NCBI RefSeq assembly: GCF_006345805.1
Contig: NW_021826864.1
Coordinates: 1 to 11,811 of the forward strand
Direction: 5' to 3'
From: Octopus sinensis
Lineage: Eukaryota
Length of the DNA stretch: 11,811 bases
Positions 1-8,979 of this stretch are shown in pieces. How positions within the stretch are numbered: the first letter of the stretch is position 1; each line of letters starts with the position of its first letter. The notes below the pieces were generated by a model. That model was not told the origin of the DNA. It saw only the letters and a list, made by a program, of their open reading frames with translations, and did no database searches. The position numbers and the translations under genes are program-made.

Positions 1-130
1 AGGAGATGAATAACAAGAATGAATGAACGAGGACAGCAAAACTTGAAAGCAGCTACAAAAAGGAGCATTCTAAAATATTTACCGAATGAACCACTTTAAT
101 ACTCGTGCACAAGTATATAGACACGCATTA

Positions 131-227
<97 letters not shown>

Positions 228-242
228 CAGACAGATAGATAT
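131..242 (+). repeat. (GATA)n tetranucleotide microsatellite
   Basis: Long near-perfect AGAT run, with AGAC variants at the 3' end. Confidence 0.98.
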
Positions 243-481
243 ACACGCACAGAGAGATACATACATGCAAACATTCATTGTTAAAAATTACATGCACCCA
301 CACGCACAGGTATTGACAAGCACAACACACACACACACGTATACACAGACACACACATTCACACACACATACACACACTATAAACACACATAGCGATTAA
401 TAAACTGATTCAAAGTCACACGCTCACACCTAAATACAGACGCAGACACTATCGAAAGTAAACCTATACCATAGTCATTAC

Positions 482-603
482 CTCTGGACGAAGGGAGCCT
501 GTTCGCGGTCACTGAACCGGCAAAAAATACCAAGGAAACATCGCTCATGCTGTGCACTGGGTGCGTTGGACACAGAAAATAATAGCCTTTCAAGAAACAC
601 TGC
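482..603 (-). CDS. Candidate internal coding exon (122 nt) of an unidentified gene
   Basis: Non-repetitive, GC-richer island. On the minus strand it is bounded by an acceptor (ttccacccgcattccgtcactgtttcag|GCAGTG) and a donor (CCAGAG|gtaatg). Two frames are open: AVFLERLLFSVSNAPSAQHERCFLGIFCRFSDREQAPFVQ, or QCFLKGYYFLCPTHPVHSMSDVSLVFFAGSVTANRLPSSR. I do not recognise the protein. Confidence 0.5.
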
Positions 604-850
604 CTGAAACAGTGACGGAATGCGGGTGGAATATAGTTTTGATTGCATGGGTGCTCAATCGGAGTCGACATGGGGTTAAAATAACAGACAAACAAACTCG
701 CTCGCGTGCACCTTCTGCTTCCCACACACAGACATACATGCACATTCATAAAAACACAGGTGCACGTGAATCACCTGCGAAAATAAAAGCTCAAAAATGC
801 CCGAAATGTAAGCAGTTATAGTAACCGAAAATACGCTCCTACCCCTAGAA

Positions 851-918
851 TACATACATACACACATACATACATACATACATACATACATACATACATA
901 CATACATACATACATACA
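851..918 (+). repeat. (TACA)n microsatellite
   Basis: Direct reading of tacatacata... run. Confidence 0.95.
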
Positions 919-1081
919 CATAAACACACAGATACACACCGGTAGATAAATATTAAAACTAAACCTTAAATACATAAGGAAATGTAATTTCAAAAATGAA
1001 GGAAATATGTGAACGCAACTTCTTCCAAATGTATGTGTGACTAAACGTAACTTGTAGCGAAAAAGAATCTACATAAACACA

Positions 1082-1122
<41 letters not shown>

Positions 1123-1494
1123 ATTACATAATAGACACCTGCGAGAAAAGGGGAAAAAACAGCAGAAAACACAGATGAATTAACGTGCAGAAAACAGACA
1201 AAATCCGACGACGACGACAGACAAGAACCGCCGCCGCCACCACCACATGTCAAAAACACACCTGCAACCCACCCCCGCCACTTCAAAATATATACACATA
1301 CCTACATACATACATAAACATATGCAGGTATGTGCATATGCACATACAACAGCAGCGTCGACGAGCCGAGATGAAGCCTGTTCCTTTTACATGCTAGTAA
1401 TAACTAGTGATGACAGAAAATATCGTGTTAAGAAAGGAAGGACACGGCGGATAATACGGCTCTAGGTATTTGGAATAACAAAACAAAGAAGTTT

Positions 1495-1562
1495 AAAGAC
1501 GAAATGGCCATGCTGGAGTACTTTTGATCATATGTCTGCTCAGCTGCGGCTGACCTGGGGCT
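1495..1562 (-). mobile_element. Dispersed repeat family B, left arm only
   Basis: aaagacgaaatggccatgctggagtacttttgatcatatgtctgctcagctgcggctgacctggggct aligns with 9073-9133 (gattggatggtcacatttggaatgcctttcatcttaggtccgattgaccaggggctgatctcggact) and with the reverse complement of 5961-6008. Confidence 0.65.
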
Positions 1563-1629
1563 CATCGATATCGATAAATTCGAACAGTAACGCATACATA
1601 CATATGCAACACAGGTCTCAATAAATTCA

Positions 1630-1700
1630 AACACACACACACACGCACACACACACACACACAACACACACACACACACGCGCGCGCGCGCGCGCGCACA
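1630..1700 (+). repeat. Compound (CA)n-(CG)9 alternating purine-pyrimidine tract
   Basis: (CA)n run followed directly by nine CG dinucleotides at 1679-1696. Confidence 0.95.
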
Positions 1701-1877
1701 GGGGCATATGTACACATACTTACACATACCGAGACAGACGGCAACAATTATCACAAGTATATAAACACACATCGCTAAACAGACCAGACATACATTTACA
1801 TACATACACACTCACACACAAACACACACACACACGTATACACTCACAGGCAATACACATTTCCCCACCCTTCAAAT

Positions 1878-1914
<37 letters not shown>

Positions 1915-1929
1915 AATCCTTAAAAATGT

Positions 1930-1966
1930 TTTAGCCCGAAGGCCGCGGTCATGCTGGGGCACCACC
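1930..1966 (+). mobile_element. Possible short SINE remnant
   Basis: tttagcccgaaggccgcggtcatgctggggcaccacc is GC-rich in an AT-rich context. It resembles the 'gcggccatgctggggcaccgcc' motif I recall from octopus SINEs. There is no second copy in the window to confirm it. Confidence 0.3.
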
Positions 1967-2154
1967 GCTGAATGAGCTACACTAATATGTGAATCCACCT
2001 ATATATACATACATACATATATATACATATATGTATATATGTATATATATTTATATATTATATTATATATACTCATTACAGTACCGTTATTAAACAGCTC
2101 CTTACGTCGGTTTTACAGACATTCAAATATACACACTCACACAAATATATACAC

Positions 2155-2189
<35 letters not shown>

Positions 2190-2539
2190 CATGTATACAT
2201 ACACTGCCACAGAGCAACATTGATGGACAAATACTTACACATAACGACGTACACTAACACACACACACACATGATACCATTAACACAGTCTGTGTTAAGG
2301 CAGCACCAACAGCACCACCAGCAGTGAATATGTCTTACTGGTTACTACCATCTGTACAAACTTCCATCGCCACCATCACCACCAACCACAACCTAGCCGC
2401 CGCCACTGTTGCAGCTGGTGGTGACGGGGGTTGCCGTCGTCGTCGCGGTCGTCGTTGTTATTGTTGTTTCCTCTTCTTCTCTTACCTCTCCTACTCCTTT
2501 CTCTTCTTGTTCAGATTCTTGTTATTGATTGCTGTAGTA

Positions 2540-2784
2540 TAGTAGTCACAACAGCAGTAACAGTTACAACAACAACAGCAACAACAACAACAAATACATC
2601 AGTAGTAGCAGTGGTAGCAGCAGCAGCTGTTATAGTACAAGTGGTGGTGCTGATAGCGGAAGCAAAAGGCGGCGGCACAGACGGCGGCAGCACCAAATAC
2701 AGCAGTAGTTGTAGTATTAGCCGTAGTATTAATAGCAGTATTAGTAGCGATAGTAAAATAGCAGTAGTAGTAGTAGTAGTAGTA

Positions 2785-2835
<51 letters not shown>

Positions 2836-3041
2836 GGGCTCTATTGTGATCGGAGAAGGTGCAGCGGCAACTACAACAGCAACGTGAAGAATATTTATTT
2901 TTTTCAAATAAGGGAACGAAAGAAAGACAAAAAAAAAAGCAGAAGAAAAACAAGGAAAAAAATATAACAAAAAGAAAACAAAAAACACAAGCAAAAAAAA
3001 AACAAAAAGGCCGCTGTTGAAACCCTTTTCTCATCACCATC

Positions 3042-3073
<32 letters not shown>

Positions 3074-3238
3074 CATCATCATTATATACGTCGTCGTTGT
3101 CACCATGGTCGTCACCGTTTCCATCATTAGCAACCGACAACAACAACAACAACAACTTTAACCTTAACCTTAACAACGTCCATAACGTCGACAAGAAAAC
3201 AACAACATCGGGAACTACAACAACTACTACTACTAGAC

Positions 3239-3269
<31 letters not shown>

Positions 3270-3670
3270 CACTACTACCACTACTGCAACGGCAGAAGGA
3301 AACTTACTACAAGGGTACCTGAGACGGAAATCGCTAAAGGTAGAGCAATCACAACCATCATCACCATCATCACCATCATCACCATCATCATCATCATCAT
3401 CATCATCATCATTAACAACAACAACAACAACAAAAGCAATAATAATAATAATTCGCAGTGGTTCCACTGGCTGCAATAAAGAAAAAAGAAAAAGGAAAAA
3501 ACAGCAGAAGCTGTAGTACACGACCACAACAACAATAACAACAACAACAACAGCAGCAACACGAAGAGCAACCGCGACTATAAACCAGTAGTAGTAGTAG
3601 TATAGTAGTAGTAGTAGTAGTAGCGAGAGCAGCGGCATCAGCAGCAGCGGTAGCAGCAGCAGCAGCAGTA
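2540..3670 (+). repeat. Compound trinucleotide microsatellite field: (ACA)n, (GCA)n, (TAG)n, (CAT)n, (AAC)n, (ACT)n
   Basis: Consecutive imperfect triplet runs, e.g. (TAG)n at 2762-2834, (CAT)n at 3032-3082 and 3355-3410, (ACT)n at 3215-3285. These explain the poly-T/S/V/L ORFs in the track. Confidence 0.92.
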
Positions 3671-3780
3671 AGGAGCCGCGCGGAGTGTTGAATGAAAAAA
3701 AAAGGTAAGTTTTATGTAGAGTTTATTTCTCTTGGTTTCGGTAAAAATATCAGAAGCGTAAAACGGCTTTTACACCTCTT

Positions 3781-3810
3781 TCTCTCTCTCGTCTCTCTCT
3801 CTTTCTCTCA

Positions 3811-3894
<84 letters not shown>

Positions 3895-3960
3895 TAATCT
3901 CTCTCTCTCTCACTTTCTCTCTCTCTCTTAATCTCTCCTTCTCTCTCTCACACACACACA
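3781..3960 (+). repeat. (CT)n microsatellite ending in (CA)n
   Basis: About 170 bp homopurine/homopyrimidine CT run, read directly. Confidence 0.97.
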
Positions 3961-4230
3961 CTCTCACGCTCTCTCAATCTTTCACTGTGTTTGATGATGA
4001 TGATGATGATGATGAGATGTCGATGCTGACTGTGGTTGTTGTTGTTGTTGTTGTTTGTTGTTGCTGGTGGTGGTGGTAGTGGTGGCTGTGGTGGTTGTGG
4101 CGGCGGTGGTTGTCGCGGTGTTGATTACAAAGATTTTCCTAAGGTATCAATCACTTGTGAGTGAGTGAGTTTGAATGAGCCAAACCTACTACAACACACC
4201 GATTGATTGATTGCTCAGTCTATACGTTCA

Positions 4231-4250
4231 CCATACATTCACACACACAC

Positions 4251-4316
<66 letters not shown>

Positions 4317-4332
4317 GGTGTGTGTGTGTGTG
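4231..4332 (+). repeat. (CA)n followed by short (TG)n
   Basis: Direct reading. Confidence 0.95.
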
Positions 4333-4508
4333 TGAATGTATGGTGAACGTGATACGAATGCTGTTGTTTATGTTATCCGTCCCCATATTTAACTCTCTTC
4401 ATGGCAGAAACAAAATGATCAAAAACGTTTTAATCGTGACACCGACGACCGACACCATTTATCAACATGTATGCATGTTTATAACTAAGATATATATATA
4501 GACACATA

Positions 4509-4510
<2 letters not shown>

Positions 4511-4570
<60 letters not shown>
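4511..4570 (+). repeat. (ATT)n microsatellite
   Basis: Direct reading. Confidence 0.97.
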
Positions 4571-4603
4571 ATCATTATTGCAAAGTAATGTGACAGAGAA
4601 TTC

Positions 4604-4680
4604 AATTTGATAGAGATTTAGTTTCCTGGGCTATTGTTTCTAGCAAGTCGATCGGGCGAGCGACCGACCGCGTCGAGTCC
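4604..4680 (+). mobile_element. Dispersed repeat family B, right arm (degenerate)
   Basis: aatttgatagagatttag...ggctattgtttctagcaagtcga resembles gatttgaagtacatttggctgctgtttttagcacgtaga at 6094-6132. Confidence 0.45.
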
Positions 4681-4713
4681 TGCCTGGTCGCTCCTTCCTT
4701 TTCTTCGTTGTCG

Positions 4714-4715
<2 letters not shown>

Positions 4716-4744
<29 letters not shown>

Positions 4745-4797
4745 CCTCCTCCTCCTCCTCCTCCCCTTCTTCTTCCCGACGACGAAGACGTTGATGG

Positions 4798-4846
<49 letters not shown>

Positions 4847-4870
4847 AATGATGATGATGATGGTGATGAT
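4716..4870 (+). repeat. Compound (CTT)n-(CCT)n-(GAC)n-(GAT)n microsatellite
   Basis: Direct reading. Confidence 0.95.
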
Positions 4871-4967
4871 CGTAGTGATTGGCCTCAGTATTGTTCAATA
4901 CGAAGCTATCATCTCCTGTGTTTGAGTTTGAATGAAACAAACCTGTACGGATTGATTGCATAGCAGA

Positions 4968-5344
4968 TACGTGTGTGCGTATCGGTGTGTGTGTGTGTAT
5001 GTATATACGCATGCGTCTATGTATATGTATGCATGCTTGTGTGTGCATGTGTGTGTATGCGAAAACATATACATATATGCACATGCATACACACAAACAA
5101 GCATATGTACATATCAGTATACATACATGCATACATACATATGTGAGTGTAGTGTGTATGTATATATATATATATATAGGTTTAAGTAATTGAGATTCAA
5201 GTGAATTCTAATGAATATATATATATATATATACAATATATACATACACACACATATATATATGCATATAGAGTCATTTATAAACATATACACATCCATA
5301 CACCCATACTTTTACCTACATAACATATACATAACACACACATG

Positions 5345-5384
<40 letters not shown>

Positions 5385-5430
5385 TGTATGTATGTATGTA
5401 TGTATGTATGTGTGTGTGTGTGTATGTATG
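4968..5430 (+). repeat. Mixed (TG)n/(TA)n/(CA)n/(TATG)n low-complexity tract
   Basis: Direct reading. It explains the YIYI/CVCV ORFs. Confidence 0.9.
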
Positions 5431-5960
5431 ATATTAGCAACATTATGATTACCGTGTTGTTGTTGTGGTGGTGGTAGTGGTGGTGACGGCGGCGGTGATG
5501 GTGGTTGTGGTACTGGTAGTGGTGGTCGTGGTAGTGGTGGTCGTGGTGGTGATTGCGACAGTACTGGTGAAGGCGATAGTGGCGGCTGTGGTGACGACCG
5601 AGGCGGTGGCGGCGGCGAAGGTTTTGATTACAATATTTTTTTAAAAGGTGCCAATCGTGAGTCTGAATGGAGAAAGAAATAAATAGAAAAAATAGATCTG
5701 AGCAAGCTAAATGGATTGACTGACGTGGATGCGTGTGTGCATCTTGTTTGTTGTTGTTTTTAGTAGAAGTGGTGGTGGTGGTGGTGGTGGAGGTGGTGGT
5801 GGTGGTGGTGGTAGGGTGGGTATACCTGCTGCTGCTGCTGCTGCTACTACTGCTGCCGCTGTTGCTGCTTCTCATGATGATAACGATGACAAGAAAAGAA
5901 GGATCGTGATGACAATGCTGCTAACGCGGTTCTTGTGATGTTCTTGTCGATGGTTGTGTT

Positions 5961-6152
5961 GTTGATTGAGCACGTTCGTGATTAACGGCGTTCCAGATGT
6001 GACCATCACATGCGCTTTAGGAATATCTTAAATATACGCTATCCGATGTGAGCCGCCGTTTCTCTTGGTTCATTTCCTAAGACGGTAAGTTGTGATTTGA
6101 AGTACATTTGGCTGCTGTTTTTAGCACGTAGAGTGATCACCTGGAGGTTCCG
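5961..6152 (+). mobile_element. Dispersed repeat family B, near full-length (both arms)
   Basis: Left arm tgattaacggcgttccagatgtgaccatc (5979-6007) and right arm gtgatttgaagtacatttggctgctgtttttagca (6092-6126). The arms occur in the same order and at similar spacing in 8635-8815 (+) and 8980-9135 (-). Confidence 0.75.
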
Positions 6153-6447
6153 TTGTTGCACTAATGCTGTTGTTGTTGTTGGTAGTGGTGATTGTTTTAG
6201 TGGTGCTGGTGGCGGTGTGAAGTGGTGTGTAGTGTGGGTGGAGGGCGACTTTGGTAATGGTGGTCATGTTGAGGATAACGGTTTTGAAGATGATGATGGT
6301 GGTGATGGTAGTGTGAGGAAGATGGTGAGGTCGGTGATGATGGCGATGATGACCATGATGATGATGATGATGATGACAGCTGAAAATGAAAGAGAAAAGA
6401 AAGAAAACGCTTCTTCTCTCTTCCAAGTGCGTGTGTGATGTCGCTAT

Positions 6448-6471
6448 CTATCTACCTGTCTGTCTTCCTAC

Positions 6472-6533
<62 letters not shown>

Positions 6534-6535
6534 GT
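6448..6535 (+). repeat. (TATC)n microsatellite
   Basis: Direct reading. Confidence 0.96.
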
Positions 6536-6602
6536 CAATATACATGCATATATGTGTGTGTGTGTGTTATGAATATCTAGTTATTATCAGTGTATTTTGG
6601 CT

Positions 6603-6643
6603 ATTTAAGTAAGAGTTTTGACTGTTATTTCCAGCAGGTAGAC
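6603..6643 (+). mobile_element. Dispersed repeat family B, right arm fragment
   Basis: atttaagtaagagttttgactgttatttccagcaggtagac resembles atttgaagtacatttggctgctgtttttagcacgtagag. Confidence 0.5.
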
Positions 6644-6670
6644 ATACTTAGTATGTCCTTTGATTAATCT

Positions 6671-6675
6671 TATAT

Positions 6676-6738
<63 letters not shown>

Positions 6739-6818
6739 TATATATATTATATATATATTATATATATATATATTATATATATATATAATATATATATACT
6801 AATATATAGTATATATTA

Positions 6819-6871
<53 letters not shown>

Positions 6872-6925
6872 GTTCTCATCTCTATATATATATATATATA
6901 TATTATATATAGTTGTATATATGTA
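6671..6925. repeat. Imperfect (TA)n tract of about 250 bp
   Basis: Almost pure alternating TA with scattered tta/taa phase shifts. Confidence 0.97.
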
Positions 6926-7186
6926 CCTGTATATGTGTGTGTAGTGTGTGTATACATATATAAATGTCTACGTTTGTGTCAACGCATGTATAATATATAT
7001 TCATGCAAGTATGTATGTTTATGTATATATAAATTCATTTTATTTTTATCTACATGTGTGTGTATATATGTATATATAGGGAGAGTTTACAAAAAACAAA
7101 AACAAAAGACGAGACAGGTGGTATATATATATATGTGTGTGTGTGTGTGTATTGTGTGTATGTATAGATGTATGCATGTATACACA

Positions 7187-7230
<44 letters not shown>

Positions 7231-7396
7231 CGTGCATGCACACACTCACACACACACGTACGCACATGCACACACACGCACACATAAGGCCAACTTTTCT
7301 GGCCAGTCATGTGACCTCCTATCAAACTGAACCACCTCAATTAAATAGTTAATTAGTTAGCCTGAATGAAGCACGAAGAAACCTATGCATGCCCGT

Positions 7397-7438
7397 GTGA
7401 CCTGCTGATTATAACAGCCGAATATCCCTCAGTTAATC
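7397..7438 (-). mobile_element. Dispersed repeat family B, right arm fragment
   Basis: The reverse complement gattaactgagggatattcggctgttataatcagcaggtcac resembles the right-arm motif (cf. gacattcggctgctatttgtagcatgtca at 8770-8798). Confidence 0.5.
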
Positions 7439-7659
7439 CGATCTTGGAGTCTATGTAAATAGGAGAATGATGGATTGGTTACAGATAGAATGAGTTCGAT
7501 CAAATGTTTGTTTGATTAACGTTCGCTGGGTGGGGGTCGAAATAGCACCATCGATAAGGACCTTGATGACGACCACCACCACCACGAATACAACGATGAT
7601 GATGACGACGATGACAGTGGTGGTGGTGGTGACGGTGGTGGTAGGGTGGTGGTATATTT

Positions 7660-7895
7660 GATGAAATGTTAGAGGCATCAGACAAAAATGTCTTGCAGTA
7701 TCTGTTCCGGTTCTTCTCGTTCTGAGTTCAAAACCAGTGAAAGTAAATTTTGCGTTTCATACCCTCTGAGGTCGATAAACATAAAAAGGAAAAAAAAAAA
7801 AAATATCAGTCAAGTACTGAGGTCGATTTAATGAACAAACACCCCCACCCCCTTTTTTCTGTCAAAACTTTTAACTTACTGTCGAAATTTAGGAA
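7660..7895 (+). mobile_element. tRNA-derived SINE, tandem copy 1
   Basis: B-box-like cgttctgagttcaaaacc (7718-7735), gaggtcgataaa (7768-7779) and agtactgaggtcgatttaat (7813-7832). All are colinear with copies 2-5. Confidence 0.75.
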
Positions 7896-7904
7896 TTTTA
7901 AGGG

Positions 7905-8120
7905 TTGTAGTTGGCAAAATCATTGGAGCGTCGAACAAAATGCTCAGCGCTATATGTTGCACTTCTTAACGTTCTTCGTTGAAATCCTTCGGAAGTCAAC
8001 TTTCTCAGTCACCTCCTTCGGGACTCGATAAAACAAAGAACCAGTGAAGTTCAGGGATCGATTTTATTTACTTACCCGGTCCCCTTCCCTACAAACATTT
8101 CTGGCCTAATCTCAGAAATA
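7905..8120 (+). mobile_element. tRNA-derived SINE, tandem copy 2
   Basis: A-box-like agttggcaaaatcattgg, then gaacaaaatgctcagcg, cgttcttcgttgaaatcc (7970-7987), ctcgataaaac..accagt and tttctggcct. Confidence 0.75.
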
Positions 8121-8335
8121 GAATCGTTTGAGTGAAGGGAGAAGTTACTTTGCAATATTTGTTCCCATTCTTTATATTTTGAGTTCAAATTCCGTTGAGG
8201 TCGACTTTGCCATTAAGCCTTCGGAGTCGATGAAAAAAAAGTACCAGACAAGTACTCAAATAGAGTAGCAGATAGGTACTCAATTAACCCTTTACCGCTT
8301 AAATTACTGGCATTTTGTCGACATTTGAAACCATT
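8121..8335 (+). mobile_element. tRNA-derived SINE, tandem copy 3
   Basis: gaatcgtt (8121), gagttcaaattccgttgaggtcgactttgcc (8181-8211), gagtcgatgaaaaaaaagtaccag, and a 3' end aaattactggcattttgtcgacatttgaaacc. Confidence 0.8.
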
Positions 8336-8344
8336 ACAATACAG

Positions 8345-8562
8345 TGAGCTAGTTGAATCGTTGGCGCGTCGCACAAAATATTGGACAGTATTTCTTCCGT
8401 CTCCATACGTTCTTAGTTCAAATTACGCCGAGGTCGAGTTTCCCTTCAATCCTTTTGGGAGTCGATAAAACACGTACCAGTTGTGCAGTTGGGTCAACTT
8501 AAGCCCCACCCCACCAAATTGCTGGCCTTGTGTCAAAACTTGAAACGAATATCATTACTATT
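8345..8562 (+). mobile_element. tRNA-derived SINE, tandem copy 4
   Basis: gagctagttgaatcgttgg (A-box-like), cgttcttagttcaaattacgccgaggtcgag (8408-8438), gtcgataaaacacgtaccagttg, aaattgctggccttgtgtcaaaacttgaaac, and a short atcattactatt tail. Confidence 0.85.
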
Positions 8563-8634
8563 CGGGATGTTTAGAAGTTGACAGACACGATCATCGGAGG
8601 ATGTATATGTTGTGGCTATTTCATCCAAACTAGG

Positions 8635-8815
8635 CCTTCAATGAACAGAGATGGTTGATGAAAGGCCTTCCTCATGTGACCATTCGATCATTTTTGTTTT
8701 TTCTTTCCTTTTCTAGTCATTGTGTATCCCGCAATATATTCATTCTGATCACTTTTTTTTTTTTTTACTGACATTCGGCTGCTATTTGTAGCATGTCAAA
8801 TGACCTGGTAGAGGT
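8635..8815 (+). mobile_element. Dispersed repeat family B, near full-length
   Basis: Left arm gatgaaaggccttcctcatgtgaccat (8657-8683); right arm ggctgctatttgtagcatgtca (8777-8798). Confidence 0.7.
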
Positions 8816-8979
8816 ACCATTTTTGGCTCGGAAAAATGAAGTCCTCGTGTTCACCTTACCCAGGGTACCTGTTTGTCCCATACTTCCGTTTCGTGATCTG
8901 ATTTATCAGTATTTTAATAATGTGTACTCTTCCAACAGTACTCGTTGTACAACATACTAGTTGTACACACATCACTTAA

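Noticed and set aside
482-540. FSDREQAPFVQ resembles HMG-box helix 3 (LSxEEKxPY)
   Set aside because: The invariant upstream Trp and helix 1/2 motifs are absent, so no family was assigned.
1564-1576. ATCGATATCGAT palindrome containing TATCGATA (DRE-like)
   Set aside because: It is short, adjacent to a repeat remnant, and DRE function is established in Drosophila rather than molluscs.
3097-3516. Plus-strand ORF containing EGNLLQGYLRRKSLK, reminiscent of a PH-domain first strand
   Set aside because: It is only about 15 residues between microsatellites, and nothing resembling the rest of a PH domain follows.
6085-6090. Plus-strand donor-like acg|gtaagt
   Set aside because: It lies within a family B repeat and has no upstream exon candidate.
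6141-6379. Very strong minus-strand acceptor (ttttctttcttttctctttcattttcag at about 6380-6410) with a possible donor at 6140
   Set aside because: The enclosed sequence is triplet repeat giving His/Thr/Ser homopolymers or a stop, and the donor lies inside a family B repeat. Polypurine runs like this are frequent here.
7718-8440. GTTC(A/G)AA T-loop motifs suggesting tRNA genes
   Set aside because: No cloverleaf or acceptor stem can be formed. They are B boxes of SINE heads.
7660-8562. Regularly spaced repeats superficially like a CRISPR array
   Set aside because: The units are over 200 bp, colinear along their whole length and highly diverged, with no unique spacers or cas genes, in a eukaryotic context.
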